A stretch of DNA of 64,000 nucleotides from Candidatus Magasanikiibacteriota bacterium (GCA_041665405.1 JBAYIZ010000002.1:7300-71299); one strand, 5' to 3'. Shown: positions 26,247 through 36,416, counted from the stretch's first letter. A program made the numbers and translations. The notes: a model not told the origin generated them from the sequence alone.

Positions 26247-29200
26247 ATGTCTAAGTATAACCATAAAGAAGTAGAGAAGAAATGGAAGAAAAATTGGGAG
26301 AAAAGCGAGATATACAAAACAAAGGAACCATCCTTCGCCAAGGCTACGGCGGGCAAGGCGAAATACTATGTTTTGGATATGTTTCCATATCCGTCTGGGG
26401 CAGGTTTGCATGTTGGTCATCCAAAAGGATATATTGCGACCGATATCGTGGCTCGTATGAAAATGATGCAGGGATTCAACGTTCTTCACCCTATGGGTTG
26501 GGATGCTTTTGGTTTGCCAGCCGAAAATTATGCTTTGAAAAATAAAGTTCACCCTTCTGATGGAACAGCAAAAAATGTAGCTACTTTTAAAAAACAATTG
26601 GGCTTGCTTGGTTTTACTTATGATTGGGACAGGGAAGTGAATACCACTGATCCGAAATATTATAAATGGACACAGTGGATTTTTTTACAGATGTTTAAAA
26701 AAGGTTTGGCTTTTGAATCCTTCGCGCCAATCAATTGGTGTCCAGATTGCAAAACTGGTTTGGCCAATGAAGATTTAGAGGGTGGGTTGTGTGAACGCTG
26801 TGGTAGTGAGATCGAGCGCAAACCAATGCGCCAATGGGTATTACGTATTACCGATTATGCGGAAAAATTATTATCTGGGTTAGATACTTTGACCGCTTGG
26901 CCAGAACATATTAAAAAAATGCAAAGTGATTGGATTGGAAAGAGCGAGGGGGCGTTGGTAGATTTTAAAATAAAGGACAGTGACCAAACCCTAAAAGTAT
27001 TTACCACTCGTCCAGATACTTTATTTGGTGCGACTTATATGGTAGTTGCACCTGAGCATCCATTGATTTCCGAAAATTTAGACAAAATTTCCAATAAAAA
27101 AGCCGTTCAAGAATATATTGAAGTCGCCAAAAGTAAAAGTGATTTGGAACGTACCGAATTACAAAAAGAAAAAACCGGTGTGGAATTGAAAGGGCTGAAA
27201 GCAATTAATCCACTCACCAATGAAGAGCTGTCAATTTTTATGGCGGATTATGTTCTATTTGGTTATGGCACAGGCGCTATTATGTCTGTACCAGGACACG
27301 ATGAACGCGATTGGGAGTTTGCCAAAAAATATAAATTACCGATTGTGGATGTGGTCTTACCGGTAAACGAAAAAGGTGATGTTTTGTTTGATGCTAATAA
27401 TCTCAGTGACAAACCTTTTACCGAAGACGGTGTAGCGGTGAATTCTGATTTTATAAATAATTTACCCACTCCACAAGCCAAAGAAAAAATGCTTAGTTAT
27501 TTGGAAGAAAAGGGAATTGGACAGAGAAAAATACAATATAAATTGCGTGACTGGGTGTTTTCTAGGCAACGTTATTGGGGTGAGCCAATTCCATTGGTGC
27601 ATTGTGAACAATGTCAAAATAAAAAATATAATTATATAATTTTGCATGGATTCAGCGGTACGGCTGATAAGAATGGACCAAACCGAGGGGAAAGTAATAA
27701 TTGGAGGCCGTGGATAAAGTCAAAATTAGAAGATAAGGGAAATAAAGTATTTTGTCCCAATTTACCTAATACATTTGAACCAAATATCGAAGAACAGGTT
27801 CAGTATGTTATAGATAATGTGGGTTTCGAGATTAATGATGGCACTATTATCGTTGGACATAGTTTGGGTGCGGTCGTTATTTATAGATTATTAGAAAAAT
27901 TAAATAAAAAAGTTGGTAAAGTAGTTTTGGTTGACCCAGTAGTTACGGATAATTTTGTTGATCATGAAAGACCGAAAGTTACAAAAAGTTGTAATTGGAA
28001 ATTTAATTTTGAAAAAATTAAAAAATTGAGCAAAGAATTTATTGTGTTAGGTGATTCTGATTTTGGTGTAATTTTTGAAAAGGATATAAAGGATTTAGTT
28101 GAAAATTTAACTGCAAAATTAATTTTGTCTAAACCAAGCGCGGGTCATTTTACAGCCGAACAAGAGCCATCAGTGTGGGGTGTGTTAGATCAAAATGGTT
28201 GGGTGCCAGTGCCTGAAAAAGATTTACCACTTGAATTACCAAAAGTAAAAAATTATGAACCAAGCGGTACTGGTGAATCGCCATTGGCTACCATTTCAGA
28301 TTGGGTAAATACCAGCTGTCCGCAGTGTGGTGGTCCTGCTAAGCGTGAAACCAATACCATGCCACAATGGGCAGGGAGTTGTTGGTATTATTTGCGCTAT
28401 GAAGATCCGCACAATACCAAAGAATTGGTTAGTAAAGAAAAAGAAAAATATTGGTCACCGATTGATTTGTATGTGGGCGGGGCTGAACATGCTACTCGTC
28501 ATTTGATATACGCTCGTTTTTGGCATAAGTTTTTATTTGATATTGGCATGGTCAATTATGATGAACCATTTACTCGTTTGCAAAATGTCGGTTTGATTTT
28601 GGCCGAAGATGGTCGCAAGATGAGTAAACGTTGGAACAATGTTATTAATCCAGATGATGTGGTAGAGGAGTACGGTGCCGATGCGATGCGTTTGTATGAA
28701 ATGTTTATGGGGCCATTTGATCAACCGTGTGCTTGGAGCACCAAAGGGGTAGTGGGTGTACGCAGATTTTTGGAGAGAGCGTGGACATTGGCAGAGAAAG
28801 TGAAATCTGATATTGTCATTCCCGTGAAAACGGGAATCCACGGTGTTGGATCCCCAATCAAGTCGGGGATGACAACTGTGTTACATCAGACGATCAAAAA
28901 AGTTTCTGAGGATATTTTGGCGTTGCATTTCAACACCGCTATTTCATCAATGATGGAATTGGTCAATGAAATGAATAAAGTGCCGAATGTATCCAAAGAA
29001 GATTTTGTTTTGTTGTTACAATTATTATCTCCATTTGCGCCTCATATTACCGAAGAATTATGGTCTCAAGTTGGTAATAAAGGCAGTATTTTTGAATCTG
29101 TTTGGCCACAACATAATGCCGAGCTGGCCAAAGACACTGAAATTACTTTAGCTATTCAAATAAATGGTAAATTGAGAGATACTATTTTGGTCTCAGCAGA

Positions 29201-29324
29201 TATAAGTGAAGAAGAAGCGAAACAAGCATCGTTAAATTCAGAAAAAGTACAAAAATGGTTGGAAGGAAAGACACCGAAAAAAGTAATTTATGTAAAAAAT
29301 AAATTAGTTAGTATAGTAGTTTAG
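26247..29324 (+). CDS. leuS: Leucine--tRNA ligase carrying a ~230-aa alpha/beta-hydrolase (RBBP9/YdeN-like serine hydrolase) domain inserted in the zinc-knuckle/leucyl-specific region, plus an in-frame copy of the hairpin repeat
   Basis: HIGH-type PYPSGAGLHVGHPKGY, KMSKRW (KMSKS), CP1 editing region. The insertion ILHGFSG...GHSLGA...LGDSD...AGHF sits between HCEQCQ and CPQCGGPAKRE. Hairpin repeat at 28814-28840 encodes VIPVKTGIH. Confidence 0.9.
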   Translation: MSKYNHKEVEKKWKKNWEKSEIYKTKEPSFAKATAGKAKYYVLDMFPYPSGAGLHVGHPKGYIATDIVARMKMMQGFNVLHPMGWDAFGLPAENYALKNKVHPSDGTAKNVATFKKQLGLLGFTYDWDREVNTTDPKYYKWTQWIFLQMFKKGLAFESFAPINWCPDCKTGLANEDLEGGLCERCGSEIERKPMRQWVLRITDYAEKLLSGLDTLTAWPEHIKKMQSDWIGKSEGALVDFKIKDSDQTLKVFTTRPDTLFGATYMVVAPEHPLISENLDKISNKKAVQEYIEVAKSKSDLERTELQKEKTGVELKGLKAINPLTNEELSIFMADYVLFGYGTGAIMSVPGHDERDWEFAKKYKLPIVDVVLPVNEKGDVLFDANNLSDKPFTEDGVAVNSDFINNLPTPQAKEKMLSYLEEKGIGQRKIQYKLRDWVFSRQRYWGEPIPLVHCEQCQNKKYNYIILHGFSGTADKNGPNRGESNNWRPWIKSKLEDKGNKVFCPNLPNTFEPNIEEQVQYVIDNVGFEINDGTIIVGHSLGAVVIYRLLEKLNKKVGKVVLVDPVVTDNFVDHERPKVTKSCNWKFNFEKIKKLSKEFIVLGDSDFGVIFEKDIKDLVENLTAKLILSKPSAGHFTAEQEPSVWGVLDQNGWVPVPEKDLPLELPKVKNYEPSGTGESPLATISDWVNTSCPQCGGPAKRETNTMPQWAGSCWYYLRYEDPHNTKELVSKEKEKYWSPIDLYVGGAEHATRHLIYARFWHKFLFDIGMVNYDEPFTRLQNVGLILAEDGRKMSKRWNNVINPDDVVEEYGADAMRLYEMFMGPFDQPCAWSTKGVVGVRRFLERAWTLAEKVKSDIVIPVKTGIHGVGSPIKSGMTTVLHQTIKKVSEDILALHFNTAISSMMELVNEMNKVPNVSKEDFVLLLQLLSPFAPHITEELWSQVGNKGSIFESVWPQHNAELAKDTEITLAIQINGKLRDTILVSADISEEEAKQASLNSEKVQKWLEGKTPKKVIYVKNKLVSIVV
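28814..28840 (+). repeat. Copy C of 27-nt GNRA-hairpin repeat (tgtcattcccgtGAAAacgggaatcca), in-frame inside leuS; possibly extended by a second small hairpin atccccaatcaagtcggggat and outer tgtcat/atgaca inverted repeat (to ~28873)
   Basis: Stem attcccgt/acgggaat, GAAA loop. Same frame usage (V-I-P-x-K-x-G-I) as the pgm copy. Confidence 0.75.
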
Positions 29325-29328
29325 TGGT

Positions 29329-30828
29329 ATGCTCAAGGAGGGGATAAATTTGATTGTAGAATCAAAAAGCAGGTCTTTTTTGGGCCTGTGTTTTTGTTTT
29401 ATTTTAGGGGTAGCGATATTTTCTTTAAATAATACTAATTATTGGCAAATATATTTATTTGTAATTTTGTTTATAACATTGTTTTTCCTAATTATTTATT
29501 GGAGCAATAAAATTGTAAGATATTGTTTGTTATGCGGGTTGTTTTTTATATCGGGTGGCTTGCGTTTTTTTCTTTCTATACCGAGTAATAATGACAATAA
29601 TATAAGTTATTATAATGGTCATACAATAAATTTTGTTACCAAAGTATCTCAGGAAGTGGTATCCAAAGAAAATAGCACCCAGGTCGTTGTTTCATCTGAA
29701 AAAATACAGAATAAAAATGTGAGTGGAAAAGTTTTGTTATACTTGCCACCATATAGTGATTTGAAATTTGGTGATAAAATTAGTGTGGAGTGTTTATTAA
29801 AGAAGCCGGAAGGTTCGGAAACATTTATAAATTATGATAAATATTTGGCACGTAATGGTGTGTGGTCTCAATGTAGTTGGCCCAAAATATTAAAATTATA
29901 TTCGAAACCGTCATGGATAGAAAATATTATTAATAATTTCTATAATTTTAAACAGCAAGTTCAATCAAAAGTTGATGAATTATGGGTAGAACCGGAAAGC
30001 GCCTTGATGTCTGGTCTACTCTATGGTGCGCGAGCAAGTTTTAGCGCAGAAGTAAGTAATGATTTTAGTCGAACTGGGATCACTCATATTGTGGCAATTT
30101 CCGGATATAATATTAGTATTATTGCCAATATTTTAATGGGTGGATTATTGATGATCGGATTAAATCGGCGTCGTGCATTTTGGTTTGCGATAATTGGGAT
30201 AATTTTATTTGTGCTGTTTACTGGAGCATCGGCCTCGGTAGTCCGAGCGGGGATTATGGGTGTGATAGTATTATTAGCTACTCAAATGGGTAGATTGTCT
30301 CGCATTGGCAATGTTTTAGTATTTACGGCAGCCCTAATGTTATTACTCAATCCATTTGTTTTAGTTTGGGATGCTGGATTTCAGTTATCATTTTTATCAA
30401 CAATTGGATTGATCTATTTAGCGCCTATCATTAATGCTCATTTTGCTAATAATATCAAAAATAAGTGGCTGGCTAGTTTAAAGGAAAATTTTATTTCAAC
30501 AATATCAGCGATTGTTATAACATTGCCACTAATTTTGTTTCAATTTGGGCGATTATCCATTGTAGCACCGCTAGCCAATATGATTATTATTTGGATTATT
30601 CCGTATTTGATGTTAGTTGGTTTTGTATCTATAATTTTAAGTTTCATATTCTTTCCTTTAGCTCAGCTAGTTGCATGGGTGGCCTATTTAGGTTTAAAAT
30701 ATGTTATAATAATGTCACATACATTGGCTAGTTGGTCATTGGCTAGCGTTAAGTTTTCGGTGTCGTTTGTTGTAATGATATTTTTATACGGTTTAATATT
30801 GTTATGGATATATAAAAAATCTGAATAA
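29329..30828 (+). CDS. comEC: ComEC/Rec2 competence protein, N-terminal (DUF4131 + competence channel domain) portion
   Basis: Multi-TM, ...FSRTGITHIVAISGYNISII... competence domain signature. The MBL-fold domain is encoded separately at 31588..32442. Confidence 0.75.
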   Translation: MLKEGINLIVESKSRSFLGLCFCFILGVAIFSLNNTNYWQIYLFVILFITLFFLIIYWSNKIVRYCLLCGLFFISGGLRFFLSIPSNNDNNISYYNGHTINFVTKVSQEVVSKENSTQVVVSSEKIQNKNVSGKVLLYLPPYSDLKFGDKISVECLLKKPEGSETFINYDKYLARNGVWSQCSWPKILKLYSKPSWIENIINNFYNFKQQVQSKVDELWVEPESALMSGLLYGARASFSAEVSNDFSRTGITHIVAISGYNISIIANILMGGLLMIGLNRRRAFWFAIIGIILFVLFTGASASVVRAGIMGVIVLLATQMGRLSRIGNVLVFTAALMLLLNPFVLVWDAGFQLSFLSTIGLIYLAPIINAHFANNIKNKWLASLKENFISTISAIVITLPLILFQFGRLSIVAPLANMIIIWIIPYLMLVGFVSIILSFIFFPLAQLVAWVAYLGLKYVIIMSHTLASWSLASVKFSVSFVVMIFLYGLILLWIYKKSE

Positions 30829-30973
30829 ATATTAATTTTCGCCGCGCGAATTGTTTGAAGTGGCGAGAACCAACAAAGCTGTCAGCAAAACGATAAATTC
30901 GCCACAAGTCTGAGCGCAAGAAAATTCATATTTATGAAGCTGTTTCATGGTTTTACGTTTGATAATATAAATT

Positions 30974-31579
30974 ATGTCAAAAATTAAAATTTTAAATTCG
31001 GTGAGTGGGTATGATTTGGCGGCATTTGATTATGATAAAAAAGAAAAATATTTAAATAGTTTTGAACAAAATAAAGTTTTGCCTTTATTTGGGGATATCA
31101 ATAAAAAAAATATTTTAGATGTGGGAGCGGGTACTGGGCGGTTGGCCACAATACTTTTTAATGCTGGAGCGGAAGTAACGGCGTTAGATGTTTCATCTGA
31201 AATGCTACAGCAGTTGGTTAAAAAAAACCAGAAAATTAAAACAGTTGTAGGCGACGCCGAAGAGCTTCCATTTCCAGATAGTACATTTGATTTTGTGACA
31301 GCTGCTTTTTTAGTTGTTCATCTGAAAGACCCGTCATCTTTTTTTGACGAAGCTTATCGAGTGTTAAGAGATGGTGGTAAGCTTATTATTACTAATATCA
31401 ACCAAAAAGAACCACCAGAGGTAAAAACCAAAGAAGGTAAAATAAAAATTGAATCATTTTATCACCGCCCTGAAAGAATTATTGAGCAGTTAGAGAGCTT
31501 GGCTTTTAAAATTAAAAAAAATATTTTTGTTTACGAAAAAGATATTTGGATTAACCAAATAGTCGTGGCCAGTAAATAG
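30974..31579 (+). CDS. Class I SAM-dependent methyltransferase (UbiE/COQ5-like)
   Basis: ILDVGAGTGRLATIL motif I, ...ALDVSSEML..., DFVTAAF region. 201 aa. Confidence 0.6.
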   Translation: MSKIKILNSVSGYDLAAFDYDKKEKYLNSFEQNKVLPLFGDINKKNILDVGAGTGRLATILFNAGAEVTALDVSSEMLQQLVKKNQKIKTVVGDAEELPFPDSTFDFVTAAFLVVHLKDPSSFFDEAYRVLRDGGKLIITNINQKEPPEVKTKEGKIKIESFYHRPERIIEQLESLAFKIKKNIFVYEKDIWINQIVVASK

Positions 31580-31587
31580 AATAAATT

Positions 31588-32442
31588 ATGGAGGGGATAG
31601 ATAGGAAAAAAATAATTATTGCTATTGTTTTGTTGTTAGTAGTCTTAGCAACAATTTTTTATTTTCAAAATAATAAAGCAAATAATTTTAATTCAGTCAC
31701 ATATTTTGATGTCGGACAAGGAGATTCGGCGCTAATTAAATTTGATAATGGTCAAAAAATGTTGGTGGATTGTGGTATTAATCGTAATATTTTATCCAAA
31801 CTCGGTTCGGCATTATCATTTTTTGATCGGACCATTGATTATTTGGTAATTTCCCATCCCGATGGAGATCACTATGGTGGCTGTCCAGCAGTATTACAAA
31901 GATATCAAGTTAAAAATATCATTACCAATGGTGCCCAAAAAACCAATGACCCATTTTGGAAAGCTTGGCAGAAATATTCACAGTTGGAGCAAGCGCAAAA
32001 TAAAGTTATTTCTGGGCATGAAATTTTGACAATTGGAGCTAGCCGGATTGAATTTTTGGCGCCAGATGAAAGTTTGGGAGCTGACTTCAATAAAGCAGGT
32101 GGTAATAATCAATCGATAGTGTTTTTGCTTAAAAATAATTTGGGAAAATATTTATTTACGGGTGATATGGAAATTTTACTTGAAGAAGCTTTGATTAAAA
32201 AATACTGCGCCGGCGCAGTCTATTGTCCCGCTCTTCAAGCAGATTTTTTGAAGGTTGGGCACCATGGTAGTGACAGTTCGTCAGGAGATCTATTTTTACA
32301 GGCAGTAAATCCTAAATTTTCTGTTATTTCAGTTGGTCAAAATTCATATGGGCACCCATCATTGCGTACATTGCGCAAATTAGATCGTGAAGGAAGTGAG
32401 ATATGGCGCACCGATCAAAAGAATGATATAATAGTGAAATGA
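31588..32442 (+). CDS. ComEC-type metallo-beta-lactamase-fold domain protein (ComEC C-terminal/ComA-like), N-terminal TM
   Basis: MBL motif ISHPDGDHYGG (HxHxDH) and downstream His/Asp ligands (KVGHHGS). Confidence 0.7.
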   Translation: MEGIDRKKIIIAIVLLLVVLATIFYFQNNKANNFNSVTYFDVGQGDSALIKFDNGQKMLVDCGINRNILSKLGSALSFFDRTIDYLVISHPDGDHYGGCPAVLQRYQVKNIITNGAQKTNDPFWKAWQKYSQLEQAQNKVISGHEILTIGASRIEFLAPDESLGADFNKAGGNNQSIVFLLKNNLGKYLFTGDMEILLEEALIKKYCAGAVYCPALQADFLKVGHHGSDSSSGDLFLQAVNPKFSVISVGQNSYGHPSLRTLRKLDREGSEIWRTDQKNDIIVK

Positions 32443-33050
32443 AAAAGATTATTTTTTTATTAGTGTTATTGTTTATATTTTTTGCCCACCAAGTGTCTGC
32501 GGCAGAGATTGTTGATACCGACACGGATGGTCTCATTGATGATTTGGAAATAAAAATTGGTACAGACACTAAAAATCCAGATACAGATGGTGATGGCTAT
32601 AAAGATGGAGAAGAAGTGACCAATGGATATAATCCGTTGGTAGGTAATTTGGACAATAAAGTTAGTCGTAGAGTAGAAGTAGACCTCAGTACACAAAAAT
32701 TAAAATATTATTTCAATAACATTTTAATTGGTACTGCTCCAGTTTCGACTGGCAAGATTGGTACCGATACCCCAACTGGGAATTTTAATATTATTCGAAA
32801 GTTACCAGTTTATCGCTATGTTGGTCCAGGGTATAATTTACCAAATACCAAATGGAATTTAGAGTTCAAGCGCAGTTATTTTTTGCACGGTGCTTATTGG
32901 CATAATCAGTTTGGTATACGTCCGATGAGTCACGGTTGTGTGAATATTGGTTATGTAGATGCCGAAAAGATTTATAAATTTTTGAAAGTGGGAGACAACG
33001 TTAAAGTGGTAGGAAAAACGCCGCGAAAGGCGCTAGCCAAAAGCATTTGA
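32439..33050 (+). CDS. L,D-transpeptidase (YkuD domain) with N-terminal signal peptide and thrombospondin type-3-like Ca-binding repeats
   Basis: Catalytic ...HGAYWHNQFGIRPMSHGCVNI... (His/Cys). DTDTDGLIDD...DTDGDGYKDGEE repeats. Confidence 0.8.
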   Translation: MKKIIFLLVLLFIFFAHQVSAAEIVDTDTDGLIDDLEIKIGTDTKNPDTDGDGYKDGEEVTNGYNPLVGNLDNKVSRRVEVDLSTQKLKYYFNNILIGTAPVSTGKIGTDTPTGNFNIIRKLPVYRYVGPGYNLPNTKWNLEFKRSYFLHGAYWHNQFGIRPMSHGCVNIGYVDAEKIYKFLKVGDNVKVVGKTPRKALAKSI

Positions 33051-33090
33051 CATCTTTTTGAAAAAATGGTATATTGACATACAGAGTATG

Positions 33091-33118
33091 AAGCACTTCT
33101 GTAGAGGGTGCTTTTTTT
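33091..33118 (+). terminator. Rho-independent terminator-like hairpin + T-run downstream of L,D-transpeptidase gene
   Basis: aagcac...gtgctt stem followed by TTTTTTT. Confidence 0.45.
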
Positions 33119-33143
33119 AATAAGTTAATATAAATATACATTT

Positions 33144-34358
33144 ATGTCAGACATTACAAAGGCCATTCAGTTACTTTGCGACGAGAAAAATTTGTCTTTT
33201 GAAGCCGTCATGGAAACTATCGAAACTGCGCTAGCCGCCGCTTATCGTAAGGATTTTGGTAATAAACAACAAAATATCAAAGTAAAATTTGATCCTGAAA
33301 CTGCCGACATGAAGGCTTGGGATATCAAAACTGTGGTAGAGGATATTGATGAAGAAGTTTTAAAAAACGCTCAGGAAGAAATGACCGCTCGTCGCGAAAA
33401 AGCGCGTGCAGAAAATCGTGAATTAACCGAAGAAGAAACTGCCGATTTGCCTCATTTCAACCCAAAAACAGAACTGATGCTTTCTGAAGCCAAAAAAATA
33501 AATAAAAAAACTAAAGTAGGTGAGGTGTTGGAAATCGTTTTGGAGATCCCGGGGGCTTTTGGACGTATGGCTGCTCAGACCGCCAAACAAGTAATTATCC
33601 AAAAAGTTCGTGAAGCTGAGCGTAATATGGTGTTTGGTGATTTCAAAGGACAAGAAGGGCAGATCATCATGGGTACTATTCAACGCGCAGAGGGACACAA
33701 GGTCTTGGTTGATTTGGGAAAAGTGACTGGTTTATTATTGGGCGAACAACAAATCAAGCGCGAACATTACCGTCCGGGCGCTCGTATGAAATTTTTTGTA
33801 TTGTCTGTCAATATGGGTCCTCGCGGTCCGGAAGTTTTATTGTCTCGTTCTTCCAGTCGTTTGGTAGAAGAAATTTTTAAACAAGAAATTCCAGAAATCG
33901 AAAGTGGTGTGGTAAAAATAAAAGGTGTAGCTCGCGATGCTGGTTATCGCAGTAAAGTGTCAGTGCAAACCGACGACGAAGCTATCGATCCAGTTGGTGC
34001 ATGTATTGGTCAACGTGGTAGTCGTATTAATACTATTATTGAAGAGTTGGGTGGAGAAAAAATCGATATTATAGAATTCAAAGATGACGCGTCTGCATAT
34101 ATTTCCAAAGCACTTTCTCCAGCGAAGGTTTCTTCGGTGGAGCTAAATGATGCTGAAAAAACAGCAGACGTATTGGTAACCTCTGATCAATTTTCATTGG
34201 CGATTGGTCGCAATGGACAAAATGTACGCTTGGCTAGTGAAATGACCGGTTGGAGGATCAATCTAAAAGATTTGGGTGGAGCACAAGAAATTAGTAGTGA
34301 TGAAATACCAGTTGAAGGCGAAACTGCTCCAGAATCAGTAGAATCAAAAGAAGAATAA
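33144..34358 (+). CDS. nusA: Transcription termination/antitermination factor NusA
   Basis: N-terminal domain, S1 domain, two KH domains (GACIGQRGSRINTIIEELGGEKIDII). Confidence 0.9.
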   Translation: MSDITKAIQLLCDEKNLSFEAVMETIETALAAAYRKDFGNKQQNIKVKFDPETADMKAWDIKTVVEDIDEEVLKNAQEEMTARREKARAENRELTEEETADLPHFNPKTELMLSEAKKINKKTKVGEVLEIVLEIPGAFGRMAAQTAKQVIIQKVREAERNMVFGDFKGQEGQIIMGTIQRAEGHKVLVDLGKVTGLLLGEQQIKREHYRPGARMKFFVLSVNMGPRGPEVLLSRSSSRLVEEIFKQEIPEIESGVVKIKGVARDAGYRSKVSVQTDDEAIDPVGACIGQRGSRINTIIEELGGEKIDIIEFKDDASAYISKALSPAKVSSVELNDAEKTADVLVTSDQFSLAIGRNGQNVRLASEMTGWRINLKDLGGAQEISSDEIPVEGETAPESVESKEE

Positions 34359-34368
34359 AAAATATATT

Positions 34369-35148
34369 ATGTTTTCAACTCTTTTTCATGTAGTTTTGTA
34401 TCAACCATTATTCAACCTGTTTGTAGGATTGTATAATATTTTACCAGGGCATGATGTTGGTTTGGTAATTATTGTGATAACAATTTTATTGCGCTTATTA
34501 GTTTATCCTTTGACAGCTTCATCTATAAAAGCCCAACGATCATTGCAAGAACTTCAACCAAAACTTGAAGCCTTGAAAAAACAATACGCCGGTGATCAAC
34601 AAAAAATCGCTCAGGCGACTATGGAGATGTATAAAACCAACAAAGTAAATCCATTGGCTTCTTGTTTGCCTCTGTTGGTACAGTTACCAATTTTGATTGC
34701 TCTTTATTGGGTGATGCAAGATGGTTTGGCTTCCACGAATTTGGCCAAATCTCTTTATTCATTTATAGGTAATCCTGGAATTATCAATCCAACGTCGTTT
34801 GGTTTCCTGAATTTATCAAAACCAAATGTAATTTTGGCAATTTTGGCAGGTGGCGCCCAGTATTTGCAGGCGAAGACTATGAATCGTCAAACGCCGCCGA
34901 AATCTGCCGGTGCAGGTGGCAAAGATGAGAATATGATGGCCATGATGAATAAACAAATGTTGTACATGATGCCAGCGATGACGGTATTGATTGGTTTTAG
35001 TTTGCCGGCTGGGTTAACTCTTTACTGGTTCTGGAGTACAATTTTGATGGCTGGCCAGCAATATTATATGGCCAAGAAAAATCCTATTCCAACAGTAAAT
35101 AATTTATTAGATAATAAAGTAATCGAAGGTGAAGTAGTTAAAAAATAA
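34369..35148 (+). CDS. yidC: Membrane protein insertase YidC/Oxa1 family (short Gram-positive-type)
   Basis: ...MYKTNKVNPLASCLPLLVQLPILIALYWV... conserved insertase core. 259 aa. Confidence 0.85.
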   Translation: MFSTLFHVVLYQPLFNLFVGLYNILPGHDVGLVIIVITILLRLLVYPLTASSIKAQRSLQELQPKLEALKKQYAGDQQKIAQATMEMYKTNKVNPLASCLPLLVQLPILIALYWVMQDGLASTNLAKSLYSFIGNPGIINPTSFGFLNLSKPNVILAILAGGAQYLQAKTMNRQTPPKSAGAGGKDENMMAMMNKQMLYMMPAMTVLIGFSLPAGLTLYWFWSTILMAGQQYYMAKKNPIPTVNNLLDNKVIEGEVVKK

Positions 35149-35155
35149 AATTTAT

Positions 35156-35458
35156 ATGATCATCAATTTGCATCAATTAAAAAGTTTGCCGGTAGAGACT
35201 AAATCGGGAATGAAATTGGGCAAAATAAGTGAAATAAATTTTTTGGTAGAGACACAATCAGTTCATCAATATATTGTGCGGCCGTCTTTTTTAAGCGGTC
35301 GTATTTTTTTAATTTCTACCAATCAAGTTTTGGAAATAAATGATAAAATAATAGTGGATGATGCAGTGATGACTGAAAAAAATGTCCAAGCAGAAAAGTC
35401 TAATAAATTTGTCGATAGTAAGGTGTTAGGAGGAGTAGCAACTCGAGAACTAAGATAG
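35156..35458 (+). CDS. Small PRC-barrel-like domain protein (hypothetical)
   Basis: 100 aa, beta-rich pattern resembling YlmC/YmxH PRC-barrel proteins. Weak. Confidence 0.3.
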   Translation: MIINLHQLKSLPVETKSGMKLGKISEINFLVETQSVHQYIVRPSFLSGRIFLISTNQVLEINDKIIVDDAVMTEKNVQAEKSNKFVDSKVLGGVATRELR

Positions 35459-35462
35459 TAAT

Positions 35463-36416
35463 ATGGACAAACTGGATCTTAAAAAGGCGGTCTTGCGCAC
35501 TCTGGCTTATTTTGATTTGAGCGATTATCCGCTGACTGTTACTGAAATAAAAAATTGGTTATATCATTATGAGGTGCAAGATTATTTTGATTTGTTGACA
35601 GTTTTGGAAGAAATGAAAAATCAAAAACAGGTTGAAGAAAAATTTAGTTATTTTTATTTGCCCAACAGAGAAATGGTGGTAGAAAACAGAAGGCAAAATT
35701 TGGTAATTGCCGAATTGAAATTAGGAAAAGCACGACGAGCCGCCAAATTTATTCGTAGTGTTCCATTTTTGAAGGCAATTTTTGTTTGTAATACTGTCGC
35801 GGCGGGCACAGCCGCTGGGAAAAGTGACATTGATTTTTTTATTATTGCTCAAGCCAAGCGTGTTTGGTTGGTAAGATTTTTTACTAACTTGATTTTACGT
35901 TTGTTTAATTTGCGTACATACGGAGACAATAATCGTGATAAGATTTGTTTATCATTTTTTGTAGATGACAATAATCTGAACTTGCAAAAATTGAAAGCTT
36001 GCGAAGAAGATATTCATTTTGCTTATTGGATAACCCAAATGGTGCCGATTTTTGATCTCAATAATTATTGGAAAAGTTTTTTGTCAGCGAATTATTGGTT
36101 AAAAGATTATTTTCCAAATTTGTTAAATAATTTTATTTTTCAGAATTTGGTTGAGCCGGGCAGTTTCGCAATGGTTTGGAAAAAAACCTGGGAAATAATG
36201 TGGTTTGGTGCTTATGGTGATTTGTTGGAAAAGCAGGCGCGTGATTGGCAAATGCTGAAAATGAAATTGAGTACTAAAGAAAAAGCAGGACAGGGAGATA
36301 ATGGCATAGTACTAAATGAAGGGGTAATAAAATTGCATGAAAACGACACTCGTATAGAATGTGCGAAGCAGTGGGAAGAAAAATCAACAGAAATTTTGAA
36401 TATGTTATGCAAATAA
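35463..36416 (+). CDS. Hypothetical nucleotidyltransferase-fold protein
   Basis: ...CNTVAAGTAAGKSDIDFFII... resembles the G[ST]...D.D motif of minimal nucleotidyltransferases. No further assignment. Confidence 0.35.
   Translation: MDKLDLKKAVLRTLAYFDLSDYPLTVTEIKNWLYHYEVQDYFDLLTVLEEMKNQKQVEEKFSYFYLPNREMVVENRRQNLVIAELKLGKARRAAKFIRSVPFLKAIFVCNTVAAGTAAGKSDIDFFIIAQAKRVWLVRFFTNLILRLFNLRTYGDNNRDKICLSFFVDDNNLNLQKLKACEEDIHFAYWITQMVPIFDLNNYWKSFLSANYWLKDYFPNLLNNFIFQNLVEPGSFAMVWKKTWEIMWFGAYGDLLEKQARDWQMLKMKLSTKEKAGQGDNGIVLNEGVIKLHENDTRIECAKQWEEKSTEILNMLCK

Noticed and set aside
30829-30973. Moderately GC-rich spacer between comEC-N and the methyltransferase gene as a small RNA
   Set aside because: There is only a weak inverted repeat (gtggcga...tcgccac with a 32-nt loop) and no terminator. 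The evidence is insufficient.
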